Sequence record: MZ574432.2
Direction: 5' to 3' (one strand)
DNA length: 64,000 bases
The position numbers and the translations under genes are program-made. The notes beneath the pieces were generated by a model that was not told the DNA's origin, searched no databases, and saw nothing but the letters and a program-made list of their open reading frames with translations. Below are positions 28,070-39,275 of this stretch, piece by piece (the stretch's first letter is position 1; every line of letters starts with the position of its first letter).

Positions 28070-28584
28070 CCGCGATCCCCAAACCCACCAACAGCCTCCC
28101 GCGCGTCCTGGAGAAGGTGCGCCACGCCAAGGCCATGCTGGATGCCATGCCGGCATCGGGCGTGGCCAACCTCCCAGACACCCGCCACGCCATCGGCGCC
28201 GAGGTGCTCGTCAGTCTGGTGATCGCCTACAATCTGCTCGGCGAGACGGCGGGCCTTGAGGCTATGTCCCTGGCCATCTCCTCGGACACCTCGCGCAAGC
28301 AGCCGCCGGTCCTGCTGAACGGCGTCGACAAGCGCATTGCGGCCGGCAACCTGACGCCCGACTGCATGGCGATGGCCAACCAGGACAGGTCCATCAAGGA
28401 ATATTTCGAGGCGATCACCGGCCTGCTGCTCGACCCCTACTTCTACCAGCGCACCCGCGACGGCGAAAAGCCGCTGCATGACGCCGCGCTCTGGGGCCAA
28501 CGCAAGGCCGCGTTCCTGATCCTGGACCTGATCGAGCACTTCATGCACATCCCCGATCGGATCAAAGGCTCCTTGAGCTACTAA
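28066..28584 (+). CDS. hypothetical protein
   Basis: ATGA overlap at 28066. Confidence 0.7.
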   Translation: MTAIPKPTNSLPRVLEKVRHAKAMLDAMPASGVANLPDTRHAIGAEVLVSLVIAYNLLGETAGLEAMSLAISSDTSRKQPPVLLNGVDKRIAAGNLTPDCMAMANQDRSIKEYFEAITGLLLDPYFYQRTRDGEKPLHDAALWGQRKAAFLILDLIEHFMHIPDRIKGSLSY

Positions 28585-28585
28585 G

Positions 28586-28604
28586 TGCAAGAAAGCTGTT
28601 GACA
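28586..28604 (+). promoter_or_regulatory. conserved promoter element
   Basis: TGCAAGAAAGCTGTTGACA, 1 nt after a stop; 17-nt spacer, TAAAGG. Confidence 0.85.
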
Positions 28605-28657
28605 CACGTGTTGGGAGGCCCTAAAGGTCTCCTCACCCGCAACGAGAGGAGACTCCG

Positions 28658-30919
28658 GTGACCACCGAAGCTGACATCAAGGCCAAGCCGTTCATCCTGA
28701 CCAACGACGGCGCCGGCCTCATCCGCATCTGGGAAGTCACCGGCCTCAAGCAGCGCCTGCCGGGTGAGCCGGGTGTGTTCGAGATCGCTATGAAGGACAC
28801 CGACGAGAACAACTCGACGACGATCCGCAGCGACGACTTCGACACCATCTACGCGACCGCCGCGACCCTGGCCCAGGCTCAGATCGCCCGTCGGGCCTCG
28901 CGCCTCGCCTGGGACAGCCATCAGCAGACGATCGCCTCGATCGAAATGACCCTGGCCAACGCCAAGAACAACCAGTGGCTGGACTGCAAGACCGTCACGC
29001 GTCTCATCGCCGAGGCCGCGATCTAACATGGCCCAGCAAGTCCAATTCACCGCCGTCGACATCGACGATCGCCGTCAGCAGATTCTGCGCGCCGTCCGCG
29101 ACGCCGTGCTGCGCCACCGCAGCGACAAGAAGCCCTGGACGCACCCGACCTTCGAGGCCCTCCGCGACGCGGCCGACGCCGGCGCCAAGGACCGCATCTG
29201 GCGCATGGAAGCGGCGGGCTACGTCGACGGCACGCGCAACACGCTTCTGCGCCTGCGCTGCAACTACGTGCTGCCGCAAGGCCTGGAGATGCAGCCGATG
29301 CTGGATGCGCTGATCCAGGTCTATCAGGTCCTGTCGTGCGACGATCTGGTGGAACTCCACCGCGAAGAAACGTCGGTTCACAACCTGCTCGACATTCTGG
29401 AAAGGACCCGCCCGCGTGACTAACCTCGCCCTGAAGGCCACGGACTCGTTCGTTCGCGACGGCGCCTATTACCTCTACGACTGCAACCTCAATCGGCGAC
29501 TGACCGACGAGGACTTCGCCCACGCCGGCGTCACGCTCGAAGAGGTCTGCATCGCCCTGTCGGAATCGTACCTGTCGTTCCATGCGTTCGGCGAGCCGGG
29601 CGCGTGGGACCTGCGTGACCGTCTGCGCTGTGGCACCTTGGACTTTCCGGTGCGCGGCGCCACGGTTCTGCTGACCGAGGTCCGCAAGTTCATCGACGAC
29701 AAATACAAGCCCCGCAAGGAAGCTGAAGCGAAGGCGCAAGCCGAAGCGGAAGCTTTCGATGCGGCCATGGAGGACATCCGCATCCTCCTCACCCAGGGCC
29801 TGGACAACGACGGCGTTTCGATCAGCCGCGCCCAGTGCGCTAAAATTCTGCGAGGTCTCCGTGTACCAGCGTTCTAAACCAAACCACCACGACGCTGCTA
29901 GCTTCAACGACGTCATCTACGGCGTTTCGGGCAGCATGCGCGACAGCGCCTGCAATCTCCAGAGCCTCGCGGCCTCGTTCCAGGACGTCGGCAACAGCGT
30001 CGTGGCCGATCGCCTGTGGGCCATCGCCAAGGACCTGGAGGTCGATCGTCAAATCCTGATGGATGCCTGGGGCAACAAGGTCCACGACGACCTGCGTGCC
30101 TCCGAGCGAGCGACCGCCAACATGCTGCTGGGCGTCTTCGCGGGCGTCACCATCGGCGCCGACGGCGGCCTCGATCAGGATACCGCCAAGACCTTCGTCG
30201 GCCTCGCTGAAATGGTCTCGCCGGGCAGCAGCGCGGGCATCAAGCCGATCGAGGACGCCTAGTTGAACGACACGTCCAATCCGGCCAACATCAGGGCCAG
30301 CCAGATAAAGGCGCTGTCCGCGAGCCTAGACAAGTTCGTCGATCGCTTCGATACGCCCACCAAGCGGCGGGTCATGCCCTTCTACCTCCAGCCGGCCGCC
30401 GACATGGTCCGCGAGACCCTTTCGGCGGCGCGCGCCGACAGCCTCCTGGGGCGCAAGGAGTGGGGCCTGCGCCTGACCGGCGCGCGTACGCTGCTCTACG
30501 CCCACCCCAAGGACGCCGTGGCGCCGCTGATCGCCCAGGCCCTGGACCACGCCGCCTATGTCATGCTGGCCGAGAGCGCCAACCGCATGCGCGAGCGCTG
30601 GGACCCCATCAACGCTCTGGTCGCCAAGGTGGCGACGATCAAGATCGACCCGCCCGCCGCCACGCCCGTCAAGGCCTAGTTCAAGGAGACCGACATGCCC
30701 GACCTCTACCGCCTGAAGGTCACCGTTCGCGACTATCTCGACTTCGAGGTCATCGGCTCCTCGCCCGGCGATGTGATGGACAGGTTCGAGGCCGCGATCC
30801 ACAGGAAGGCCAAGAGGGGCGGCTGGTCGGAGCACGCTCAGGCCGAGATCGACCGCATCAAGCCCGAGTGGATCGAGCGCCTGGACGTCGGCGTCTGGAT
30901 CGATTACGAGCCGGCCTGA
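28658..30919 (+). other. run of six small hypothetical CDSs (28658-29026, 29028-29423, 29416-29877, 29861-30262, 30263-30679, 30695-30919)
   Basis: Contiguous ORFs with RBSs or overlaps and host-like codon usage. Confidence 0.7.
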
Positions 30920-30922
30920 TCA

Positions 30923-30941
30923 CGCGAGAAAACTGTTGACA
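30923..30941 (+). promoter_or_regulatory. conserved promoter element
   Basis: CGCGAGAAAACTGTTGACA, 18-nt spacer, TAAGAC. Confidence 0.8.
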
Positions 30942-30988
30942 GGCTCCTGTCCTCTGTCCTAAGACTGCGGACAACGAAAGGAGACCCG

Positions 30989-32525
30989 ATGTCGCGAGTT
31001 CACGTCATCTGCCGCCGAGGCGAACGCCAGACTGATCACACCGATTTCGCGACCCTGGCCGAGGCCAAGTCGCGGGCGCTGCGCTATGCCGAGCGCGAGG
31101 CGATGATCGCGGGTATCTACCACGATCCGAGCTTCGGCGACATCAAGCGCCAGATCGAAGGCTTCCGGCGTGGTTGCTTCAAGGGCGTCTCCGTCGGTCC
31201 CAACGCGGTCGTGCGGATCGAGGACCGGACGTGAAGGTTTTCGTCTGGCAAGGCGGCGACGTCCTGCGCGACTATGCCAGCGGCCTTGTGGTCGTGCTCG
31301 CCGCCGATGAGGCGACGGCCTGGGACAAGCTGCGCCAACAGCATCTGCGCGCCTTCGTGCAACTTCTCACCGGGCACAGCTTCGGGATCGAGAGCGTCGA
31401 CGACCTCTACTTCTACTGGAACGACCTGTGGGAGGATGAGAAGCTCAAGCCGGGCTTTCCGATCATACCGGTGGCCTATGACATCAACGACGCGCCCGTG
31501 GCCGTCTGCTGGGGAGGTCAGTGATGACCATCGAAAGGATCGCCGACTTCGCCTACTATGCGGACGGCTACGGTGGCGACTCGCCGGTGCAGTTCAACGT
31601 CCAGGTGACGCACGAATACTACTACCGCAACGACTCCAACTACTTGGTGTCGCGCACCGAACTGTGCGAGGTCATCACCGCCGATACCCTGGAAGACCTC
31701 TACCAGAAGATGGCCGAGATCAGGGTGTCCAAGGCGGAGCGCAACCGTCCCGGCAGCGAAGAAAAGGAGGTCGCCTACTTCGGGACGATCTTCCTGGCCA
31801 TCGCGGAAGCCGAGTTTAACGATGCCCTGCTGGAAGCCACGCCCGCCTGGACGGCCTACACGGAAAAACTGGCTCAAGCCAGGGCCGCGCAGGAGCGCCA
31901 CGAGCAATTGCTGAAGCAGCAGGACGCCCAGAAGGCCGAAGCTGCTGAGCGCGCTCAACTGGCCTATCTGTCCAAGAAATACGGTCCGCCGCAGTAGCGG
32001 CGCCGATCAACCCGAACTGGAGAAGCTCGATGCGCCAAGACCGTGTTCCCGACCATATGCTCGACCCGGTGACCGGGATCGGCCCGACCGTCAAGCAGCG
32101 CATGGCCGAGCGCGCGCGCATCCGCAAGGACCTCGAACTGGCTCATCCGGGCTGGAGGGTCCAGCGCACCGAGGAAACCGCCTGGGGCTCAATCGAGGCC
32201 GTCATGTTCAAGGACGGCGAGACCTTCCCCAAGCGGGTCTACTGGAACCCGGCGGCCGAACTGGGCCGCCAGTATGAACTCCCTTTGCACTAAGGAGACA
32301 CCCATGGGCGTCAAAACCACCGTCCGCCTCTCACGCCAAGAAGCCGAAGAACGCTATGTGCGTTTCAAGCTTGCGGACAAGACCCTGGCGCGCTCTTACC
32401 GCGCCCAGGCGGCGTTGATGAGCGACAAGGACCTCGAAGATGTGCTGGAACGGCTGAACGATGAGAGCTACCGAGACGACTATGGCACCTACGGCGGCTA
32501 CGACAACTACCTCATCCAAGGCTAA
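30989..32525 (+). other. run of five small hypothetical CDSs (30989-31234, 31231-31524, 31521-31997, 32030-32293, 32304-32525)
   Basis: Contiguous ORFs with RBSs or overlaps. Confidence 0.7.
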
Positions 32526-32573
32526 GTTCGTCCTCTCGCTAGGTCAGCCGCATCAGGCCCTGTGGCGACGTGC

Positions 32574-32592
32574 TGCAAGAAAGCTGTTGACA
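32574..32592 (+). promoter_or_regulatory. conserved promoter element
   Basis: TGCAAGAAAGCTGTTGACA, 17-nt spacer, TAGAAC. Confidence 0.85.
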
Positions 32593-32644
32593 CGCCTGCT
32601 CTAGGACCCTAGAACGGGCGTGTCACAGCAAAGGGAGACACCCC

Positions 32645-34486
32645 GTGGCCCAGTCCGAAAACGTGAGCGTCGTGCTCGTCGTCTACGCGCTCTATGAGAC
32701 CGACCGCGCGATCGCGGTCAACGCCGGCCAGCTTCAGATGCAGCGGGACAATCCCGCCGCCCTGGCCTATCTCCCCAAGAGTCAGATCAAGCTGGGCGCG
32801 CCGCTGAAGGTGCATGAGGACAAGGTCCGCTCGCGCGGTATCCCGACCAGCGTCGCCGAACGCCTGGGCATTTCCAAGGTCGGCTACTACGCCGTCGACG
32901 CCGACCGCAACGCGGTCATGTCGCGTGTCGAATGGCGCCCCGTCACCATGCCCAAGTGGCTGGCCGACAAGCACGGCTGGGAAGACCAGGACATCGAGAC
33001 CATGATCGGCGTCTGCAAGACGTGGGCCTATGCCGATGTGTCCGCCGCCGACGTTCGCGCCGCCTTGGCCAAGGACGTGGCGCATGCGTGAGATGAAGCA
33101 GCGCAAGCCCTCGATCCTGCGCTGGGAGTATCAGCGCGGCGTGGCCTTCGGCTACCTCGGCGAACACCGCGTCGCCTCGGTCTACGCCTGGGAAGGCGGG
33201 ATCATGATGAAGGGCCGCTGGCGTTGGCGCATCGAACTGCCGCCGGCGCCAGGACGCAATGCGTCCGGTAAGGGGCTCTCGGAGAGCTATTGCCGCCAGC
33301 AAGCCGCCAACGCGATCCAGCATTTCATCGACACGGCCGGCCTTGCCATCAAAGCGCCGTCAGCGTAAGCATAGACGTCACGAAGTCAGTGAGGATGACA
33401 TGCCTGCGGTCTTGACCGTCGAAGACGCCCTTCGCCTCCTGGGCGACTTGCCCAAGTCGGCGATCCTGGTGATCGGTGGCGAGACCGTGTCGAGCATCAC
33501 CACTCAGCAAGGCCGCCGGCGCGAGGGCTATTTCAACGATAGCTTCAAGCCGCATGCCGACGGCCGCGTGACGGCGGTGCGCTTCTGCCAGACCGACGAG
33601 TTGTCGACCGGCGAAGTCTATGAGCGAATCGTCTGATGGCCGAGGTCCTGAACGTCGAGTTCCACGTCCTCGACGCCGTCGATGACGCCGTGGACTACCT
33701 GACCACCCAGACCGCCGCCGAAGCCAGGGCTCAAGAACTTTACGAGGCGACCGGCGAGCGACATGTCGTCGAGCAGGTCACCTACTACGCCACCGACCGC
33801 GTCGTGCTCGCGGCCTTTCCGCCCTATCCCGAAGAGGATGAAGACCTGTGATCAAGGCCCTGGCCTTCCTCTGCGCCCACGGCGAGTTTGTCCGCCTTGA
33901 GGTCAACGACCATCGCACCTGCTATGAGTCGCCCGAGCGGAACCTTCGCATGCACTCGCTCCTCCCCGAGGAGTGGTGCAACCAGATCGAGCGCGTCCTG
34001 ATCCAGGCGGCCGTCGAGAACGAATCGCCCTTGACCACGGTCAAGGTCTGGACCAACCAGCAGCGCAACGTTGACCGCCAACTGACGGTCGGCGCGTCCT
34101 TGCCCATGACCTTGGCCATGGCGCTCGATCGCCTACGGGTCTCCGAGGCGAACGTCATGCCCCTGCCGGAGTTGGAGGAGGACGCCTCCGCGCTCTTGGA
34201 GCGCTGCATGGCCTATCTCTTCTCCAACGCCCTCTCCTGGTATCTGGACGTCCAGCCCTTCTGCCCCGAGGACGCTATGCCACTCGACGCCCTGATCGAG
34301 TGCAACATGGCCGCGCCAGAGGACTGGATCGGCGAGGAGCCGTGGACGCGTGACTACACCGGTCCGTTCCACGCCCTGATCATCTATCCCGACAACCCTG
34401 TGGGAAGCTGGTGCTTCTACGGCCCGTCCGTGCCGGACCTGCTGATCAAGGGCTATCAGACGCTGAAGGAGTATCGCGCCCAATGA
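32645..34486 (+). other. run of five hypothetical CDSs (32645-33091, 33084-33368, 33400-33636, 33636-33851, 33848-34486)
   Basis: Contiguous coupled ORFs. Confidence 0.7.
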
Positions 34487-35325
34487 CCGAGACCAAGGAC
34501 GCCCTGGGCGACCGGATGAAGGCCTACGAGAAGGTCGAGACGGGGCGGCGCTTCATGCCCGGTCTGCCGGTGATCGTGCGCCTGGATGGTCACGGCTTCT
34601 CGCGCTTCACCAAGGGCCTTCAAAAACCCTTCGACATGCGCATGGTCGCCGCCATGGCCGAGACCACCAAGGCCTTGGTCGAGAAGACCCATGCGCGCCT
34701 GGGCTACACCCAGTCCGACGAGATCACCCTGGTCTTCATGCCCAAGGATGACATCGAGCAGTATTTCTTCGCCGGCAAGGTCTTCAAGATGAAGTCCGTG
34801 CTGGCCGGCCTGTGCTCGACCCTCTTCTATCGCAACTTCGAGCGCGAGTGGCTCGCCCGAACCGGGGACGCCGCCCACGACCTTACGGCCCTGACCCGCT
34901 ACCTGGAGCGTAACCCCCACTTCGATGCGCGCGCCTTCCAGGTGCCCGTCGACTACGAGGCCGCCAACGCCGTCCTCTGGCGCGTCAAAGACGCCGAGCG
35001 CAACGCCGTGCAGATGGCGGCCCAGTCGCTCTACTCGCAAAAGCAGCTTCACAAGCTGTCGACCGAGACCCTGCGCCGCAAGATCGCCGAGGGTGGCCTG
35101 GACTTCGACGCCTATCCTCGCGCCATCCGCAGCGGCAGCTTCTTCCAGTCGGTCACAGAGCTTCGGCCGATCCCGCCCGAGGCGCTGGAGCGGATGAAGG
35201 AGAAAGACCGGCCGGCGGACGGTATGATGCGACGCGCCTCGGTCCAGGAAGTGGCCGCCGAAGGTCCGGTCGCCTACCGAACGGTCGCCGATCTCCTGGG
35301 CATCGTGCCGGTGATGGACGTCTGA
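34483..35325 (+). CDS. tRNA(His) guanylyltransferase Thg1-like protein (3'-5' polymerase)
   Basis: LGDRMKAYE, VRLDGHGFSRFT, YTQSDEI, FDARAF, NAVQM; ATGA overlap at 34483. Confidence 0.9.
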   Translation: MTETKDALGDRMKAYEKVETGRRFMPGLPVIVRLDGHGFSRFTKGLQKPFDMRMVAAMAETTKALVEKTHARLGYTQSDEITLVFMPKDDIEQYFFAGKVFKMKSVLAGLCSTLFYRNFEREWLARTGDAAHDLTALTRYLERNPHFDARAFQVPVDYEAANAVLWRVKDAERNAVQMAAQSLYSQKQLHKLSTETLRRKIAEGGLDFDAYPRAIRSGSFFQSVTELRPIPPEALERMKEKDRPADGMMRRASVQEVAAEGPVAYRTVADLLGIVPVMDV

Positions 35326-35666
35326 TGTACCTGCTCAATGACGTCAAGGACCAGAAGGGCAGCACGACTGTCCTTCTCGTCAAGGAGAAGACCTTCGATC
35401 ACGTCGTGGGTTACCATGTCTCGGCGGACGGGACGGTGTCGGAGCAGACCTACGGCGCGCGCCGCGTCAATTGGATCGCCTTCTTTGACACCTTCGAGGA
35501 GGTCAAGGCTGCTCGCAAGGCGGCGATGGAGGCCTTCAAAGCCCACGACAAGGCCATGGAGAAGGCCCGCAAAGTTCTCCGTGACGCCACCAACGATCGC
35601 AAGTCCGCCTGGACGAACGCCATCCTGGCCTCGCCCGGCGCCCAGCCCGTGAAGGCCGGCCTATGA
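35325..35666 (+). CDS. hypothetical protein
   Basis: TGATG overlap. Confidence 0.7.
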   Translation: MYLLNDVKDQKGSTTVLLVKEKTFDHVVGYHVSADGTVSEQTYGARRVNWIAFFDTFEEVKAARKAAMEAFKAHDKAMEKARKVLRDATNDRKSAWTNAILASPGAQPVKAGL

Positions 35667-36232
35667 GCAAGACCCTCGTCCAGGTGATGGAGCGCAAGGA
35701 CGGCGTCATCCGCTATTTCGTCTGCGTCGACGGCAAGAGCGCGCCGCGTGTGCCGCACGACGACGTCGAAAAAGCCCTGCGCGAAGCCAAGCGTCTGGCC
35801 CGTAAGAGCCGCAAGACCGCGCGCATCTTCATGCAGATCGGCGCGGTCTTTCCGACCCAGCGCGGTATCCTGGTCGCCAACTTCGGTCAGGGCCAGTGGT
35901 ACACCGAGCAGAACGACGAGGATCGCCGTGTCTGCGCCCAGGCCATCCTGGAGAAGCTGGCCCCTAAGATCAGGGCCAAGCTGGGGTCGGCGCCCTGGGA
36001 CGTGTTCGACGAAGAAGGCTATCCGCTCCAACGTCCGCCCAAGACCGATCTGCCGCCCAAAGGCTCGCTTCACTACTGGGCGCCCGCCGACAAGATCAAC
36101 GAGGTCTATGCGGCGCTGTGGGGCAACCAGAAGGCCGTTCTCCGCGTCGTGGCCATGCACTTTGGCTGGACGATTGGCGAGGCCTATGTCGCCACCGAAG
36201 ACTGGTTTCGCTCGACGAGAAACTATAACTGA
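35663..36232 (+). CDS. hypothetical protein
   Basis: ATGA overlap. Confidence 0.7.
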   Translation: MSKTLVQVMERKDGVIRYFVCVDGKSAPRVPHDDVEKALREAKRLARKSRKTARIFMQIGAVFPTQRGILVANFGQGQWYTEQNDEDRRVCAQAILEKLAPKIRAKLGSAPWDVFDEEGYPLQRPPKTDLPPKGSLHYWAPADKINEVYAALWGNQKAVLRVVAMHFGWTIGEAYVATEDWFRSTRNYN

Positions 36233-36238
36233 TCATTC

Positions 36239-36257
36239 TGCAAGATAACGGTTGACA
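36239..36257 (+). promoter_or_regulatory. conserved promoter element heading the porin-pnuC-nadR operon
   Basis: TGCAAGATAACGGTTGACA. Confidence 0.75.
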
Positions 36258-36311
36258 GCATAGCGTGGGCCGCCTACCCATGTCACGACCACTTTCACCA
36301 AGGGAGTTCCC

Positions 36312-36905
36312 GTGACCGACAAGACCCTGCCCCCGCCGCCCCACGTCGCCGAAGATGACCAGTTCGAGGAACTGGCGCGGGTGTGGGTGCGCCGCGATGC
36401 GGCTCCCGCCGACGGCGAGAGCCAGATCAGCCTGGGCGTCACGCTCAGCGATCGCGCCAGCTTCCACGAAGTCATGGGCCTGCTGAGCGCGGTCGCCACC
36501 GGCTACATCATCCAGCAGCCCGAAGTCGCCGCCGCCTCGGGCGAGATCAAGGACTACCTGATCGCCCAGGGCACCCAGCAATTGCTGGAGCAGACCGTCG
36601 AGGCCGCCAGCCCGCTGCGGCCCCAGCATCTCCCCGCGCCGGACGAACTGCTCTACGAGCCCGGTTCGGTCAACATCGCCAGCCTCTGGATCGATCCTAC
36701 GCAGGAAGGCACCCACACCATCTTCGCCGGCGAGCCCCAGAAGCTTGGGGCCAAGACGCTCGGCGGCCTCCTGGCGACGATGCTGCTCGAAGCCGGGCGC
36801 AACGCCGACGGCACCTTCAACGTCGACTTCATCGAGGGCCTGCAAACCTCGATCGCCACGACGACCAAGGCGTATCTGGCCCAAGAGGGTCAACCCACGC
36901 AATGA
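36312..36905 (+). CDS. hypothetical protein with two internally similar halves (DUF5076-like)
   Basis: LPPPP...EELARVWV and LPAPD...NIASLWI; family call from memory. Confidence 0.5.
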   Translation: MTDKTLPPPPHVAEDDQFEELARVWVRRDAAPADGESQISLGVTLSDRASFHEVMGLLSAVATGYIIQQPEVAAASGEIKDYLIAQGTQQLLEQTVEAASPLRPQHLPAPDELLYEPGSVNIASLWIDPTQEGTHTIFAGEPQKLGAKTLGGLLATMLLEAGRNADGTFNVDFIEGLQTSIATTTKAYLAQEGQPTQ

Positions 36906-37588
36906 TGCGCAAGGCTCTCCTGTTCTCGTCCGCCCTGGCCGCCATCCTGGCCTTGGCCACCAGCACCGAAGCCGGCGAGATCGCCGGCTCGGTCACCCTG
37001 ACCTCCGCCTACATCTCACGGGGCACCGACCAGAACGTCCTCAACGGCGCGGCCGTCCAGGGCTTCGTGACCTACGCCAAGGGTCCATTCTACGTCAGCG
37101 CCTTCGCCTCGACCATGAACTATGGCGAGGGCACGACCAAGGAACTCGACTTCTTCGGCGGCGTCCGCAAGAGCTACGGTCCTTGGACGGTCGACGTCGG
37201 TTTCGCCAACATCAACTATCCCGACAACCACACGCCGCTGAACTTCGTCGAGTACGATCTGAAGATCGATCGCGCGGTCGGCAAGGGCAACGTCGGCGTC
37301 TGGCTCGGCTACACCGACGCCTACTTCAACACCTATGGCCAGGGCGTCTGGACCGAGGCCCATGTCAGCTACCCGATCACCAGCACGGTGTCGATCAGCG
37401 GCGCGGTCGCCAACCAGGACCTGCCCAACAACTTCGACTACCGGACCTGGAACGTCGGCGTCACCAAGGCCTTCGCCCATGGCGTCTCGGCCGATCTGCG
37501 CTATAGCGACACCGATCGCCACGACCTGGACCCGCGCTGGAACACCTACGGCGCGCGGACCTCGCTGACCCTGTCCAAGAGCTTCTGA
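36902..37588 (+). CDS. outer-membrane beta-barrel protein (TorF / TIGR02001-like putative porin), 228 aa
   Basis: Sec signal peptide ending STEA; GSVTLTSAYISRGTDQ...AVQG; alternating beta-strands; C-terminal Phe (LTLSKSF). Confidence 0.8.
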   Translation: MMRKALLFSSALAAILALATSTEAGEIAGSVTLTSAYISRGTDQNVLNGAAVQGFVTYAKGPFYVSAFASTMNYGEGTTKELDFFGGVRKSYGPWTVDVGFANINYPDNHTPLNFVEYDLKIDRAVGKGNVGVWLGYTDAYFNTYGQGVWTEAHVSYPITSTVSISGAVANQDLPNNFDYRTWNVGVTKAFAHGVSADLRYSDTDRHDLDPRWNTYGARTSLTLSKSF

Positions 37589-37599
37589 AGGGGGAGCCG

Positions 37600-38235
37600 A
37601 TGAGCCTGCTTGAAATCCTCGCCACCGCCGTGACGGTCGCCTGCGTCCTACTGGCCGTCAAGCGTTCGACGTGGCAGTACCCGGTCGGGATCGTCGGTAC
37701 GATCCTGTTCTTCTTCGTCTTCCAAGGCGCCAAGCTCTACGCCAGCGCCATGCTCCAGGTGTTCTTCACCCTCGTCCAGGTCTACGGCTGGTGGTACTGG
37801 ACGCGCGGCGATCGAGGCAAGTCGCCGCCGATCACCTCCTGGAGCCCGGCCTTCACCGGGGCGATCGTGGTTGCCGGCCTCGTGGTGGGCGTGGTGCTGA
37901 GCATGATTCTCAACGCCTTCACCGACGCCAAGGTGGCGCTCTGGGACTCGGCGATCTTTGGCCTGTCCATGGCCGCTCAGTTCCTGCTCGACCGCAAGAA
38001 GCTGGAGAACTGGACCGTCTGGGGTCTGGTCAACATCATCTCGGTCTTCGTCTACTGGCAGCAAGGCCTGACCGTCGCGGCGATCCTCTATGCCGGCCTG
38101 TTCGTCAACGCCTTCTGGGGCCACTATGAGTGGGCCAAGGCCAAGCGCGCCCAGAAGATCGTCTGGGACGCCGAGGCCCAGAAGTACCCGGCCGCGCCCA
38201 TCCATGAACCGAAGCCTGGGGACCTGTTGACTTGA
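37600..38235 (+). CDS. pnuC: nicotinamide riboside transporter PnuC
   Basis: STWQYPVG, YASAMLQVFF...YGWWYW, RKKLENWTVWGLVNIIS; multiple TM segments. Confidence 0.9.
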   Translation: MSLLEILATAVTVACVLLAVKRSTWQYPVGIVGTILFFFVFQGAKLYASAMLQVFFTLVQVYGWWYWTRGDRGKSPPITSWSPAFTGAIVVAGLVVGVVLSMILNAFTDAKVALWDSAIFGLSMAAQFLLDRKKLENWTVWGLVNIISVFVYWQQGLTVAAILYAGLFVNAFWGHYEWAKAKRAQKIVWDAEAQKYPAAPIHEPKPGDLLT

Positions 38236-39275
38236 ACCACGCCGTCGAAGTCCCCGCCCATCCCTTCGAAGCCAAGCCCGAGCGCGGCTTTGTCCTGGGC
38301 AAGTTCATGCCGCCGACCGAGGGCCATCGGTTCCTCTGCGAGTTCGCCAGAGAGTACGTGCAGAAGCTGACCATCCTGGTCTGCTCGATGCCCGATGAGC
38401 CCATCGACGGCTTCCTGCGCTTCCAGTGGATGCGCGAGATGTTCCCGGACTGCAATGTCCAGTGGTGTCAGGAAATCCTGCCCCAGGAACCCGTCGGCGA
38501 GGACCCGGAGTTCTGGTCGACCTGGGCCGGCGTCATCCAGAAGTACGGCAGCCGCTACGGCGAGCCTTATCGCCCCGATGTCGTCTTCGCCTCGGAGACC
38601 TATGGTCACAAGCTGGCCGCCAGCGTCGGCGCGCGGTTCGTGCCCTGCGACATCAGTCGCACCGCGCGCGACATCTCCGCGACCCGCATCCGCGCCCAGC
38701 CCCTGGCCAACTGGTCCTACATCCCCAACGTCGTGCGCCCGCACTTCGTCAAGCGGGTGACCATGTTCGGCCCCGAAAGCAGCGGCAAGTCGACCCTGGC
38801 GACCGCGCTCGGCAAGGTCTTCGACACCATCGTCGTGCCCGAGTATGGTCGCACCTATACCGAGCAGTTCGGAGCCGACGTCGGCGCCGAGGACCTGATC
38901 CGCATCGTCCAGGGTCACCGCGCCAGCGTGGCGGCGGCCAAGCGCCAAGCCAACCGCATCATGTTCGAGGACACCGACCCGATCATGAGCGCGGTCTGGG
39001 CCGACATGCTGGGCGTCGCGCGCGACCCCTGGTTCGACAGCTTTGACGACAAGGCCGACCTTTATCTGCTGTGCGGCGTCGACATCCCCTGGGAAGACGA
39101 CGGGACGCGCTACTTCCCCAGGCAGTCCGACCGCGAGCGCTTCTATGATCTCTGCAAGGCGGAACTCGAACGGCGCGGCTGCCGCTACATCGAGATCAGC
39201 GGGTCCATGCTGGAGCGCCGGGTCCAGGCGATCGCGGCAGTGACCAAAACCTTTGGCATCGAGGCGGCGATTTGA
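38232..39275 (+). CDS. nadR: bifunctional NMN adenylyltransferase / ribosylnicotinamide kinase (NadR, no HTH)
   Basis: GKFMPPTEGH, ISATRIR, Walker A GPESSGKST, EYGRTY, DTD, WEDDGTR. Confidence 0.9.
   Translation: MNHAVEVPAHPFEAKPERGFVLGKFMPPTEGHRFLCEFAREYVQKLTILVCSMPDEPIDGFLRFQWMREMFPDCNVQWCQEILPQEPVGEDPEFWSTWAGVIQKYGSRYGEPYRPDVVFASETYGHKLAASVGARFVPCDISRTARDISATRIRAQPLANWSYIPNVVRPHFVKRVTMFGPESSGKSTLATALGKVFDTIVVPEYGRTYTEQFGADVGAEDLIRIVQGHRASVAAAKRQANRIMFEDTDPIMSAVWADMLGVARDPWFDSFDDKADLYLLCGVDIPWEDDGTRYFPRQSDRERFYDLCKAELERRGCRYIEISGSMLERRVQAIAAVTKTFGIEAAI

Noticed and set aside
36383-36901. N-terminal extension of the 401-aa track ORF 36383-37588 (likewise extensions at 34411, 13717, 27685, 18017)
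   Set aside because: Extensions overlap upstream genes in another frame; true starts are the coupled ATGs (36902, 34483, 13825, 28066, 18083)
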